Positions 45,305 to 55,895 of a DNA stretch of 64,000 nucleotides are shown one piece after another. A program made the translations under genes and the position numbers. Every line of letters begins with the position of its first letter. Position 1 is the first letter of the stretch. This DNA comes from Cyanidioschyzon merolae (lineage: Eukaryota), in NCBI GenBank assembly GCA_000091205.1, contig AP006495.2; one strand, given 5' to 3'. The notes beneath the pieces were generated by a model that did not search any database, was not told the origin of the DNA, and was given only the letters and a program-made list of their open reading frames with translations.

Positions 45305-46660
45305 CTACGGACGAAGAACGAACAGCGCTCCGCGCGGGTATAGCTCGGCATCTTGCAATGTCATCTGATCCAACTCGTGCTCCAGAAATTTCCGCCTAGG
45401 ATAGGTACGCATCAGCGAGATCCGCTCTCCCAAGCTCGGGTAATTGTTGAGTACGTAATTTGCCACATCACGAAGGCGTGTTTCATTGGTGAAGTCCGCT
45501 TCAACATTCGTACCGTCGGGCAACCGCAATTGCAGACGTGTGGGTCTGGTTTCCAATTCTGATTTTTCTACCGCCTTTGGTTGGTTTGTGTTCGGATCGG
45601 GTGGCTGTTCCACGAGGCGTACCGGAGTCGGACCCCGCTGGAGCTCGAGTCGACGCTGACGATCGTCTTCAAGCAGCCTCCGGAGCCGCTCTCGTTCCAT
45701 TTGCTGCTCTCGTTGTTCACGGAGACGTTCTCGAATGTCCCGCTTACGACGCTCTTCTTCCGCTTTGCGCTTGGCCTCCGCTATCTCCTTCCCACTTCGA
45801 ATCCGATTCTTTTCCTGTTCAATAGCGAGTTTCTTCTCTTCGGCCTCTCGCCGTTTCCGCGCTTCCTCTTGGAGCCGTTTCAACATAAGCTGCTTCTCCT
45901 CTTTGGATTTAGAAAGGAGATCTTCGGCGCCAGTGACTCGGACATCCAGCGCTGGGTCCAGCTTATCGATATTTGGATCCTCGTCGTGCGCGAAAATCCA
46001 CTCCATCGCCTTCTCCAAGGATTCATTGTCAGTTGCAATGCAAGCGTTCAAAGCGCGAGTGCGGGGAAATCCCATTGCTTGAAGCTCCTCAAGTATTTTT
46101 TCGGATACAAAGGTCGGCATCGTCTCGCTTGCTGATACAGGAAGCTGTCCCTCGCCCTGGCTCGCCCTGGCTCCAGCGGAACCAGCGGATCCCGTCGTGG
46201 TCTGCAAGCCGTCGGCAACTGCATTCGGACGCGCTATTGGTGTACCCGACGGCGTGCTGTTTGTCGTTGTGGCGGCTTTCGTGTCCTCACTCGTTGCTCT
46301 GGTGCCCAGCGTATGACCCGGCCCAGCAAACGCCACTGGCTGCGCCTGAGCGGCTACTGAACGCTCGAGCGCTGCAACATCCGCTCCCACAATTTCGTCC
46401 ACCTTGTTCCCGTTGAGAAAGAGCTGAAAAGTTGGCATAGCATGCACCCGGCAGAGCTGCGCAACATCTTGAACCTCATCAACGTTCACTTTCACAAAGA
46501 GAACCTGGTGAAACTTCGTTGCGAGCGAGTCTATGAACGGAGCCACCATTCGGCAGGGGCCACACCAGTCGGCGTAAAAGTCCACAACAACCAGTTGCTC
46601 TCTGGAACCATCAATGACGACGCGTCGAAATTCAGTCGCACTATAGATCTGTAACACCAT
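45305..46660 (-). CDS. thioredoxin-UBA-coiled coil-UBX multidomain protein (putative redox-active Cdc48/p97 adaptor)
   Basis: Canonical thioredoxin at the N-terminus (VVDFYADWCGPCRMVAPF...AMPTFQLF). A UBA-like helix bundle (ILEELQAMGFPRTRALNACIATDNESLEKAMEWIF) is followed by a long E/R/K coiled coil and a C-terminal UBX/ubiquitin-like fold (RLQLRLPDGTNVEADFTNETRLRDVANYV...FVLRP). Confidence 0.8.
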   Translation of the reverse strand: MVLQIYSATEFRRVVIDGSREQLVVVDFYADWCGPCRMVAPFIDSLATKFHQVLFVKVNVDEVQDVAQLCRVHAMPTFQLFLNGNKVDEIVGADVAALERSVAAQAQPVAFAGPGHTLGTRATSEDTKAATTTNSTPSGTPIARPNAVADGLQTTTGSAGSAGARASQGEGQLPVSASETMPTFVSEKILEELQAMGFPRTRALNACIATDNESLEKAMEWIFAHDEDPNIDKLDPALDVRVTGAEDLLSKSKEEKQLMLKRLQEEARKRREAEEKKLAIEQEKNRIRSGKEIAEAKRKAEEERRKRDIRERLREQREQQMERERLRRLLEDDRQRRLELQRGPTPVRLVEQPPDPNTNQPKAVEKSELETRPTRLQLRLPDGTNVEADFTNETRLRDVANYVLNNYPSLGERISLMRTYPRRKFLEHELDQMTLQDAELYPRGALFVLRP

Positions 46661-48619
46661 CCTCGGGGCAGCACGTCACAAGGCAGAGCACAGCGCACGA
46701 GGTAGAGGTCTTGCGTTCGATGAACGAACATCGTTCTTCGCTGCCATGCCCACGCTGGGATGATGCAGACGCGATACCGCCAGGCGGCACAAGCCCCGGT
46801 TTCTCGCCAGGCACCTCAGGTCTCTATCTTTATCCGAGTAAGATAGAACCCTGAACCGCTTGCTCTGTTTATGTATTTCTACTTCTTTTGGAACTTTTTT
46901 AGATATACAGCATCGAAACTGCGAGTGACGCATAGAGGGCTCGCGAGTTCATTCGCAGTTTTAAGATGATCTTGCGTGTTTTCGTCTTGCTTCCATCGAT
47001 TCTCTGCCGCTGGAATGTTTAACGTCACCCTCATCAAGAACATTCGCGACGTTCTCGAACACGAGTTCGTGAAATAGACGATATCATGATCCAATGTACA
47101 TGTGAAAGCCTCGGCGCTTTTCGTTTTCTTACGTGAAGAGTGCTCGGGTCATGCATGCTCAAAGTTTTCCGAATTTCTCTTTTGAGGCAACTCCTGGACG
47201 CTGCAAGTTGCGACACTGGATTGCTGACGATAAATACATAGCATCCTCTCATGATAACTTTTGCATAAGCTCATGCCGAAGTTTCACTGAACATTTCACG
47301 TCAAATAACCGTTTCTGATTGGAAGAAAAATTCTCCTCGCTTTGAGACCATCAGCGACACGGCATATAACCGTAGTATGCCACCTCACATGGTATATGCC
47401 CCAAGGGGCTCCCGTCTCTTCTGTTTCCATGGAAGAAGGCCTTGGACTCGGATTTCAGTTATCCAAGGAATCGTTTCCGGAGGGACGCGTGTCCCCGGCT
47501 CGCAAGCATGGAGCGTAGACGGATCGAAATTTCTCGCATTGTTCTCCGGCCAGGATTTTCCTTCCAGCACTTTTCCATCATGAAGAACATCGCAATCGAC
47601 AAATGCGCTACCGAGTGGTACAACATGTGCTTGCGGGTGGAGCAGACATATTACGCACCGAGAGATTCTCCCATTAGAACCTCCTGATCGCCGGGTACGG
47701 TACCAGGCACGAAAGCGGAGGATGGCATCGAGAGGTGCTTTCTGGATATGTCTAGGGCACGAACCGAACGATGAAGTAGGAGTGCACGCGTCACAGCGTG
47801 GAGCTCGGAAGAAAATGAGGAACTGTTGTAGTCGTGTGGCAATACGTGATCAAAGCCAATTGTTACCGCTGCAAAAGGCGCACCGAGCATAGACAAAGAG
47901 CAGATTCAAAAATTGCGACCTCCGCCTGTGCATGCAATGCGTAGAAAACAGCCGGAAGCAGCGGAATCGGGATTTGAACGCTGGCTTCAACCTCTATCGA
48001 CTGCGGACAACAGATCAGGAGGGAAAGGAGCGACTAGCGTTTTTAAAACCGGATATAAGAAAAAAAGAACGTTGTGGAAGAAATAACCCGCAAAGACTGA
48101 TATTGGTAATAGAGGGAAGCGACCCAAACGTGAGTATATATGCCCGTGTCAAAAAACCTGCTCCACATCAGTAGGAAACGCCCGTCCCATGCTGCCCAGC
48201 ACTGTTGTCTTTGAATCGCTCATCACCATCGTCAAGCTTCCTGGTGTTGCATAACTGAATCGAATCCAGTTTTTCGATCTAGAATCACAGCATCGAACTA
48301 CATGAACCCCCGTACGCAGGCGCTACATTGTGGCATCCAGGGGAGCTACCAAGGCTTCCGCCCAGATCCCCACAATCCCGTGTACCACAAACCAGATTCC
48401 CCTTCAATGCGAAGGGTTCGTTTAAAAGATCCCATACACGCCGAGCCAACTGCGGACCTCGTTCGTAGACAGAACAGGTTTGCTTCACCGATGCGGGGAG
48501 CAGGTTAAAGGCCGACTCTTCCACCCGAAGATGCGTCAGCGCTTCAGAGGACTAGACAATCGTCGACCACCGTAACTTTTTGGTCGCTTCCCTGGAAGTA
48601 GCTCCTGGGTCAGACTCGT

Positions 48620-50239
48620 GTGTGGCCTGAGCGCCCAAGCGTACGCCGCTGCGGCCTCTGCGCCCGCGGCGTCTTATCGACGACGCCGCATCGGCTGCAG
48701 GGACGGTTTCCCGCTTCCGAGTTCTGCTTCTTGCACGTCATCCAACGGGTAAAACATTCTGTGGAGATGTTTGCGGGCGCACCTGTTTACTCTGATATAA
48801 GTTCGAGCAGTTTCTTAGGAATCAGGGGCGCAGAGAAGAGACGTTTTCGCCTCGATGAAAAACCGTACGCGGCACCAGGTAGCGCCTCGGCGCGTCGGGT
48901 GCAGCGACTGTCTCCGCTGACAGTGCAACTGGCAATAGCCGCCGGCACCAAAGGCCTCTACCGAGACATGCCGGACAACACAAGCAGAAAGCGTGTTGTC
49001 GTAACTGGAGTAGGTATCGTGTCCTGTTTCGGCAGTGACGTGGACCTCTTTTACCAGAAGCTACTTAAAGGAGAAAGCGGCGTTCGTCCCATTGACAAGT
49101 TCGAGTGCTCGAACTGGGAGACGCGCATTGCTGCCTGGATCGCTCCGGAACAGTTCCAAACCGAGGGTTATATCGCACCGAAACTTGCTAGGAGACTGGA
49201 CAGCGTGCTGAAGTACACAATCGTTGCGGGAAAGAGGGCCTTGGAACACGCCGGCCTCGGCATCGGCTCCGATCCATACAATGCACTGCGGAAGGATCGC
49301 GTCGGGGTCATTGTCGGGAGTGGCATGGGCGGCCTCGAGACCTTCGCAGAAGGTTGTGAAAAGCTTTCCACGGGTGGTGTTCGGAGGATGTCCCCGTTTT
49401 TCATCCCGTATTCGATCACCAACATGGGCTCAGCTTTGCTTGCGATAGAAACTGACTTCCACGGACCGAACTACTCCTTGTCAACAGCTTGTGCGACCAG
49501 CAACTACGCGATTCATAACGCTTACATGCATATCGCACGGGGAGACGCCGACATGATGCTCTGTGGCGGTAGCGAGGCTGCAGTGCTTCCGATCGGGCTC
49601 GGTGGCTTCATTGCTTGTCGGGCGCTCAGCAAGCGCAACGATGAGCCGCACCGCGCCAGCCGCCCCTGGGACAAGCACCGTGATGGTTTTGTCATGGGCG
49701 AGGGATCTGGTGTTCTAGTTCTCGAGTCGCTCGAGCACGCCAGGGCACGCGGAGCGCCCATTCTCTGCGAATATCTCGGTGGTGCCTACACCAATGACGC
49801 TTTCAGTGTGACGGAGCCCGTTCCCGAAGGTACTGAAGTGGCGAGATGCATTCGACTGGCGCTGGCTGATGCCAGTGTCGAGCCTGCCCAGGTCAGTTAT
49901 GTCAACGCTCATGCAACGTCAACGCCCCTTGGTGATATTGCAGAGTATCGTGCCATGTCTTCTGTTCTGGATATGAAGCGGATAACGATGAATTCAACCA
50001 AGTCACTCATTGGACATGCGCTGGGAGCGGCTGGCGCTCTCGAAGCAACGGCAACCATCATGGCTATTCGCACCGGGGAGGTGCACCCTACCGCCAACGT
50101 CGAGGAACCGGAGCCCGAGATTGAAGCGGACCTCGTTCGTAACCAGAAGAAAAGCCTCAACATAGAGGTAGCGATTTCGACTAGTTTCGGTTTCGGGGGG
50201 CACAATAGTGTCTGTGTATTTGCTCCGTTCGTCGAGTAG
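48620..50239 (+). CDS. 3-oxoacyl-[acyl-carrier-protein] synthase I/II (KAS, FabF/FabB type) with about 110-aa N-terminal presequence
   Basis: The mature part begins KRVVVTGVGIVSCFG. It has the active-site Cys in LSTACATSNYAIHNA, His in NAHATSTPLGD and KSLIGHALGAAGA, and the C-terminal GFGGHNS. The long non-conserved N-terminus suggests organelle targeting, and the real start may be the Met near 48767. Confidence 0.9.
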   Translation: MWPERPSVRRCGLCARGVLSTTPHRLQGRFPASEFCFLHVIQRVKHSVEMFAGAPVYSDISSSSFLGIRGAEKRRFRLDEKPYAAPGSASARRVQRLSPLTVQLAIAAGTKGLYRDMPDNTSRKRVVVTGVGIVSCFGSDVDLFYQKLLKGESGVRPIDKFECSNWETRIAAWIAPEQFQTEGYIAPKLARRLDSVLKYTIVAGKRALEHAGLGIGSDPYNALRKDRVGVIVGSGMGGLETFAEGCEKLSTGGVRRMSPFFIPYSITNMGSALLAIETDFHGPNYSLSTACATSNYAIHNAYMHIARGDADMMLCGGSEAAVLPIGLGGFIACRALSKRNDEPHRASRPWDKHRDGFVMGEGSGVLVLESLEHARARGAPILCEYLGGAYTNDAFSVTEPVPEGTEVARCIRLALADASVEPAQVSYVNAHATSTPLGDIAEYRAMSSVLDMKRITMNSTKSLIGHALGAAGALEATATIMAIRTGEVHPTANVEEPEPEIEADLVRNQKKSLNIEVAISTSFGFGGHNSVCVFAPFVE

Positions 50240-51510
50240 GACTGGAGGATTGCGAGAGCGGGGTACTCTTGGGACGCCATTGGATCTCGCTCTGGGCAGC
50301 GATCTTTAAAAGCATAGGTTTCGTTTTGGAAGCACTTTGGTTGAGGTATCGAGTCAAAAATTGTGAAAAAGTCGTGGGGCGGGTAATCTGCCGCCTGAAA
50401 GCCTACATCGCCGAGCAACCACGACCCTTCTGCCCCGGCTCTGTTTTCCCGCAAAGTTTACGGCTTTTGCGCCCAGAGGCCCTGCAAGTCAAAGTGCAGC
50501 GCGCGCCTTCGACAGTCTCCAGGCGTTGCGGGTATATCGCCGATCGACTCAGAAAAGGTTCGTCTTGATCGTTCATAGCGTGGTCACCGGGGAAGCGCGA
50601 CGGACGCTAGCAGCGGCAATGAGGTACGCGGTTGAAGGTTGCGGACAACTTGTGACGCGAACCATACGGATTTGAGCCGATGCCTCAGTTTAGTGTATTC
50701 CTTGGGCCAGGCTGTGACACCATCCAAGGAGACCGGTTTGTCCTCGCCAGCGGGCAGTCCAGTTAGAATCTACCCGTGGATCAGAATCCACGCTTGCCGA
50801 GGGACCATACTCGCTGCTAATCGATCCGCACTGAGGAGGTATCCAGTGTCAGCGCCTCCATCGATTGCATGACGCGCTCTAGAGCCCGTACGCAAACGAT
50901 ACATAGAATCATCCAGGTCCTGCCTCAAGTCGCAGAGTTATGCAGCATCAGGCTTTCTGGATACGCTGAGAAACGCTCACATGGGATAGAAGAACCGCGC
51001 CAGTACCTGGGAATGCGGATATGAAGCATCGGCCCACCCCCCAGAATAAACAACGCGTGCTTGGTGTTCAGAAGACGCGCTGAGCAGGCATGGTGCATCC
51101 TGAGCATCCACGGAACGCAGCATGCGCTCGTGTGATGCATGCCGTGCATGTACGGCATGCATCTTACAAACGCACTTGGTCGAGAATTTTATGAAAATAT
51201 GCGGGTTCAGGCGATTTGCATCTTGAATGAGGACCTCTTTTGACTACGTTTGTTGATCGCGTCGACTTTCTCTCGACGACATAACCTGATCGAAGAGAAT
51301 ACGTACGCAAACTGGTGATACCTGCGATAACAATGTCTTTTCAGGAATGAGGCGATCGTCGAAGTGTACGCCCCGACTTGAACCTGCATGCCCCGATCAA
51401 TTGTCTACGACGCGAGGAAGAGCGTGATGCGTCCCTCGTTTCCAAGCTAATACGTGTGGCCAATGACGACCGTTGCATGGCTGAACTGAGGTGGACCTCG
51501 TGTGCTTTGC

Positions 51511-53235
51511 TCACGAATGGTTGGATGGATGCTTTGCGACCGGCCAAGAAGGCGCAGGTCGTTTTCTCCAGGAAAGTACTCCAAATAGGAGTCCCTTTCT
51601 CGAAAGAAAAATCACAAAACATCCAAGAAAGACCGTTGCCAGCGCCGTCGTGCCGAGAACAGTCCCCAGCCAAGGCGCCAACGAGTCTGTAATATTGTAC
51701 CAGGGACAATTCAGGTTCATGCCGAAGATATCTGCGATGAAGTTCATCGCAAAAAACATTGCTGTACACAAGTGCTGCAGTAAGTTGAATGCGAGCATGC
51801 GGTTCTGCACGGCGTCTAGCTTGATATCCATTGTTGCCTCCGAGTCGTTGACTTTTTCATCCAGAAGCTCAGCGCGATTTGAAAGCGCCTGAAACAGCTG
51901 GTAATAGCTTTCCAGTAGCGTTTCTACGTATTCATGATCTAGTGGATGGCGCGGTGTTTCCGGATGGTAGTACTTGTCAGTCAAATACATGTTGGACATA
52001 TCATCGTCTTCACCGAGGACGCGATCGAATAGCTGCGAGAGTCGTCTGATGCGCGACAAGAACAACGTCAAGTGGCGCATATGCAGACGCATGTTCTCGA
52101 TTCGGCTCGAGCTCAAGGTCCGATTCAAGTCACGCAAGTCTCGATCTATCTGCTGCTCGATCACGAAATAGAATTCCTCGAGTTCAAAGTAGGCTGCGAT
52201 GAACATGCTTTCTAGCACGATAAATTCGAATGCATTGTAGATGTCCAGGCTCGCACTCTGCAATCTTTCCGTGATAATACGGATAGCACGCTGCACCCTT
52301 TCGGCCTCGTGGTTAAAAAGCAACAAACGATGTGATTGGATGACTGCGCGGAGGTAATCATCAAGCACCAGGATTATGGCATTGTCGCGCACAAGTAGCA
52401 CCTGCTCTGAACGAAAAGTTGGATCCACAAGGCGAAGGTCACGCAGCTGTACCGGTTCGCATTTGCTTATGATTCCATCCCTCTCTCTGTGAGTCAATCC
52501 GGTGTTCACCGGGTGAATATCGAGGTCCAGCGCATCCGCCAGCGGAGTTTCCTGTTCAACCAGTACCTTCGAACGACGGCGCGGTGAGGATGCCTCTGCA
52601 GCCGGATATACGGGGCGTCGCAGCTCATCGATGAGATCCTCTTTGGACATCGCTCGCAAGACGCTTCGACCGAAAGTGTCGAATTCGAGGAACTGGATAA
52701 GACTATCCCGCCGCCACATTTTTTCTTTCACGTTTCTCGTGATTGATGTTCGTCGCGACGTCACCATCTCCAGATACTCATGCGCGACGGCAGCCGCAAA
52801 AGTAAGGCCATTCCGACGCAATGTCTGCTCATCGAGCCGAAGATCGGGGCCAAACTTTGCATCCGCTATTTTGTTGACTAGTCTATTACTTGCAAAGGCT
52901 GCAGCTGATGTCAGGACTTTGCCCAGGGTTCCCGGACGTTCCGGTCTCTTCCCTGCGAGCGGGGTGTTGCTGGTTAGCTTCGGTGTCCAGTCGCCAGCTG
53001 CGAGCGTGTCCGGGCCATCACGAGTAGTGCTGCCTCCCGAGAAGGTCCCAACCGCTGGCAACACCGGCAGCGTTCTTTGTCCAGACGCGATTCGTCTCGC
53101 TTGGTGAGAGACACTCTCAGGTGCGGCTGTAAGCGGCGGTGTCGCGCTCCTTGGGCGCTGAAGTTGTTCGAGTTCCGCTGCCGAGACCCTGTGAGGCGCG
53201 TTACGCCTTGTCGTGCTCAGACTGCCCCTACGCAT
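51511..53235 (-). CDS. Mrs2/CorA-family Mg2+ channel, paralog 1 (574 aa)
   Basis: C-terminal two-TM region with a GMN motif (FFAMNFIADIFGMNL) preceded by long coiled-coil helices. It is clearly paralogous to 55896..57200 (EDDDMSNMYLTD...PLDHEYVETLLES versus EDEDMSRMYLTD...PLDHEDVEQLLES). Confidence 0.8.
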   Translation of the reverse strand: MRRGSLSTTRRNAPHRVSAAELEQLQRPRSATPPLTAAPESVSHQARRIASGQRTLPVLPAVGTFSGGSTTRDGPDTLAAGDWTPKLTSNTPLAGKRPERPGTLGKVLTSAAAFASNRLVNKIADAKFGPDLRLDEQTLRRNGLTFAAAVAHEYLEMVTSRRTSITRNVKEKMWRRDSLIQFLEFDTFGRSVLRAMSKEDLIDELRRPVYPAAEASSPRRRSKVLVEQETPLADALDLDIHPVNTGLTHRERDGIISKCEPVQLRDLRLVDPTFRSEQVLLVRDNAIILVLDDYLRAVIQSHRLLLFNHEAERVQRAIRIITERLQSASLDIYNAFEFIVLESMFIAAYFELEEFYFVIEQQIDRDLRDLNRTLSSSRIENMRLHMRHLTLFLSRIRRLSQLFDRVLGEDDDMSNMYLTDKYYHPETPRHPLDHEYVETLLESYYQLFQALSNRAELLDEKVNDSEATMDIKLDAVQNRMLAFNLLQHLCTAMFFAMNFIADIFGMNLNCPWYNITDSLAPWLGTVLGTTALATVFLGCFVIFLSRKGLLFGVLSWRKRPAPSWPVAKHPSNHS

Positions 53236-53720
53236 GGCGAGAGCCTGTCAAACAAAAAGCGGCCTGTAATCTTTGGAGAGCAACAGCACCAAATACCATT
53301 ACCTTTCACGAAGAATAAACCACGAAGCGTGTTGCAGGCCTCGTATACACAAGTATCCGAGTATACGCCAAGAAATGCACCTGACGATAAAATGAGCCAC
53401 GAGTTGACCCGATGCGCTTTTTCTTCTCTCTCCGTCAGTTTACCACGAGCAGCAGTCTGTTTTTCACTCGGTCCGCAAACGTTACCGTCAGAGGCCCACA
53501 AGTCAGTCACACACAAACACCGACACACCTATCCGCACCAACGTCACCGAATATTGTAATCTAAAATGTGTTCAGTGTCACGAGGCGCCGAAGCGACGAC
53601 GGCTCGGGTGGCGTTCAAGACGTCCGGTCCGGTGCCTTCAGGTCCGCCTCCGGGGCGTATCAAGCGAATCCGCGGCGGGCGCCTTGCGCGCAGCGAATCG
53701 CTGCAGGCGCAGATTAACCC

Positions 53721-54610
53721 GGATGCATGCTCGTCGATCGAGCGCTCTTCAGCGTGTACCCGGGATACTCCATTGCGTATGAATGAGATGCGCAAGCCCC
53801 GGATGCATGCTCGTCGATCGAGCGCTCTTCAGCGTGTACCCGGGATACTCCATTGCGTATGAATGAGATGCGCAAGCCCCGGATGCATGCTCGTCGATCG
53901 AGCGCTCTTCAGCGTGTACCCGGGATACTCCATTGCGTATGAATGAGATGCGCAAGCGTCGAATGCATGCTCGTCGATCGAGCGCTCTTCAGCGTGTACC
54001 CGGGATACTCCATTGCGTATGAATGAGATGCGCAAGCGTCGAATGCATGCTCGTCGATCGAGCGCTCTTCAGCGTGTACCCGGGATACTCCATTGCGTAT
54101 GAATGAGATGCGCAAGCCCCGGATGCATGCTCGTCGATCGAGCGCTCTTCAGCGTGTACCCGGGATACTCCATTGCGTATGAATGAGATGCGCAAGCCCC
54201 GGATGCATGCTCGTCGATCGAGCGCTCTTCAGCGTGTACCCGGGATACTCCATTGCGTATGAATGAGATGCGCAAGCGTCGAATGCATGCTCGTCGATCG
54301 AGCGCTCTTCAGCGTGTACCCGGGATACTCCATTGCGTATGAATGAGATGCGCAAGCGTCGAATGCATGCTCGTCGATCGAGCGCTCTTCAGCGTGTACC
54401 CGGGATACTCCATTGCGTATGAATGAGATGCGCAAGCGTCGAATGCATGCTCGTCGATCGAGCGCTCTTCAGCGTGTACCCGGGATACTCCATTGCGTAT
54501 GAATGAGATGCGCAAGCGTCGAATGCATGCTCGTCGATCGAGCGCTCTTCAGCGTGTACCCGGGATACTCCATTGCGTATGAATGAGATGCGCAAGCGTC
54601 GAATGCATGC
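53721..54610. repeat. 80-bp minisatellite, 11 complete tandem copies plus a partial 12th; two unit variants in blocks
   Basis: The unit ggatgcatgctcgtcgatcgagcgctcttcagcgtgtacccgggatactccattgcgtatgaatgagatgcgcaagcccc starts at 53721, 53801, 53881 and so on. Variant B (gcgtc|gaat junction) replaces variant A (gcccc|ggat) in the order A A A B B A A B B B B B. The overlapping 68-aa minus-strand ORFs are a periodic artefact of the array. Confidence 0.95.
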
Positions 54611-55895
54611 CGCCCTGCCCAGCGTATGACGAGACGAATCATTCACGGTAGTGGTGCTGCATCCGCCGGAGATGCGTGGAATGTATGCACACCCCAATGC
54701 TAGGGTGGCTGACTATGCGCTGGTCTAGTGGGAACCCAACTTTGTCGATTGTGTGATCTCATCAGGCAAGGATCAACGTCCGGTAGCGAGATTCAGCCAA
54801 CTGTGTAGCAGACTGGCGACATTCGCACGCCGTGTGTTCGTTCCAGTGTGATGCATCCAAGGATTCCATGTCTATCCGAATTACTGGGCCGGATACGTGC
54901 AGGTCCCGGCGGAACGAAACTCGTAGTGAACTTGCCAACAGCGTCCAATATATTCTGGAACTAGCTCATGAAACGATTTTTCGAAACACCCCTTGGCGGT
55001 CGCAATCGCGCTCGTTTCATCGCCGATGTTCATAACAGCGCACGGTTGGTGCCCTGTATTTCGCTTGTCGGACATGCGATTTCGGGAAAAGATTCCGTTC
55101 GCTTTGCTGCACAATATTGCGATACCTTTGGCATTGGCGTCGAGCAAGCAGCTGTTGCGTCTCTCTCCCGAGAGCATTGTGGTACAAAAAAGTCCCAGCG
55201 GCACTTGTGAAACGTCCTATAGTAATCGAGGGAGCCTGGGCTCACTCGAAGCAGCAGCGACTGCGTTTGGGACTGCAGCGACGCGACGAGCGATCAACCA
55301 CAAACGCTGCAAAGCACATCATACGCCTTGCATTGTGTACGAGACTAGCCTCGTGCCGTAACAGACCACAAATGGGTGTATCGCTTTTTTATAACTGCAC
55401 ACTGGCATTTGTACTGAAGAACGATTTAGCGCTCATTCGTGTTTTCGCTGGAATCTTCTTCGACTTGTTGCGTATGGAACGCGTGCAATAAACTAGAATT
55501 GAAAACATACACGTACTTCAACGACCAGTCTGGCGAGAACGCTGGCGAGAGCAGCATGCCATGAACCCAGATGAACACGCTCGCAAACTGTCGCAGAATT
55601 ACCGGCGATACTGTTAGGTTTTATTGGTTCTCTCGTGCTGTCAATTCGAAGCGTCGGACCATGTGTCCACTAGTCCAGCAGCAAACATCGATAGCGTATC
55701 GCATCAGCGAGTCATCCAGATCGATACGTTAACGCATTCTGGATTGATTGCAGCAGCGCTGCGTACAACGCACTGCTAGTCTTTACGCTGTGCTGCGTAC
55801 TTCTCCGGTAGTCAGCACGATACCCTTGGGTGAAAGTTTACCTGTACTGCGGGACGTGAACGCTGTCCTAGCTTGGATTTTTCCTCTGGATTGCA

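Noticed and set aside
53749-54697. Series of nine overlapping 68-102 aa minus-strand ORFs all beginning MRISFIRNGVSRVHAEERSIDEHA
   Set aside because: They are generated by the 80-bp tandem repeat. 80 is not a multiple of 3, so each ORF drifts frame and ends after about 2.5 units. This is a repeat artefact, not a gene family.
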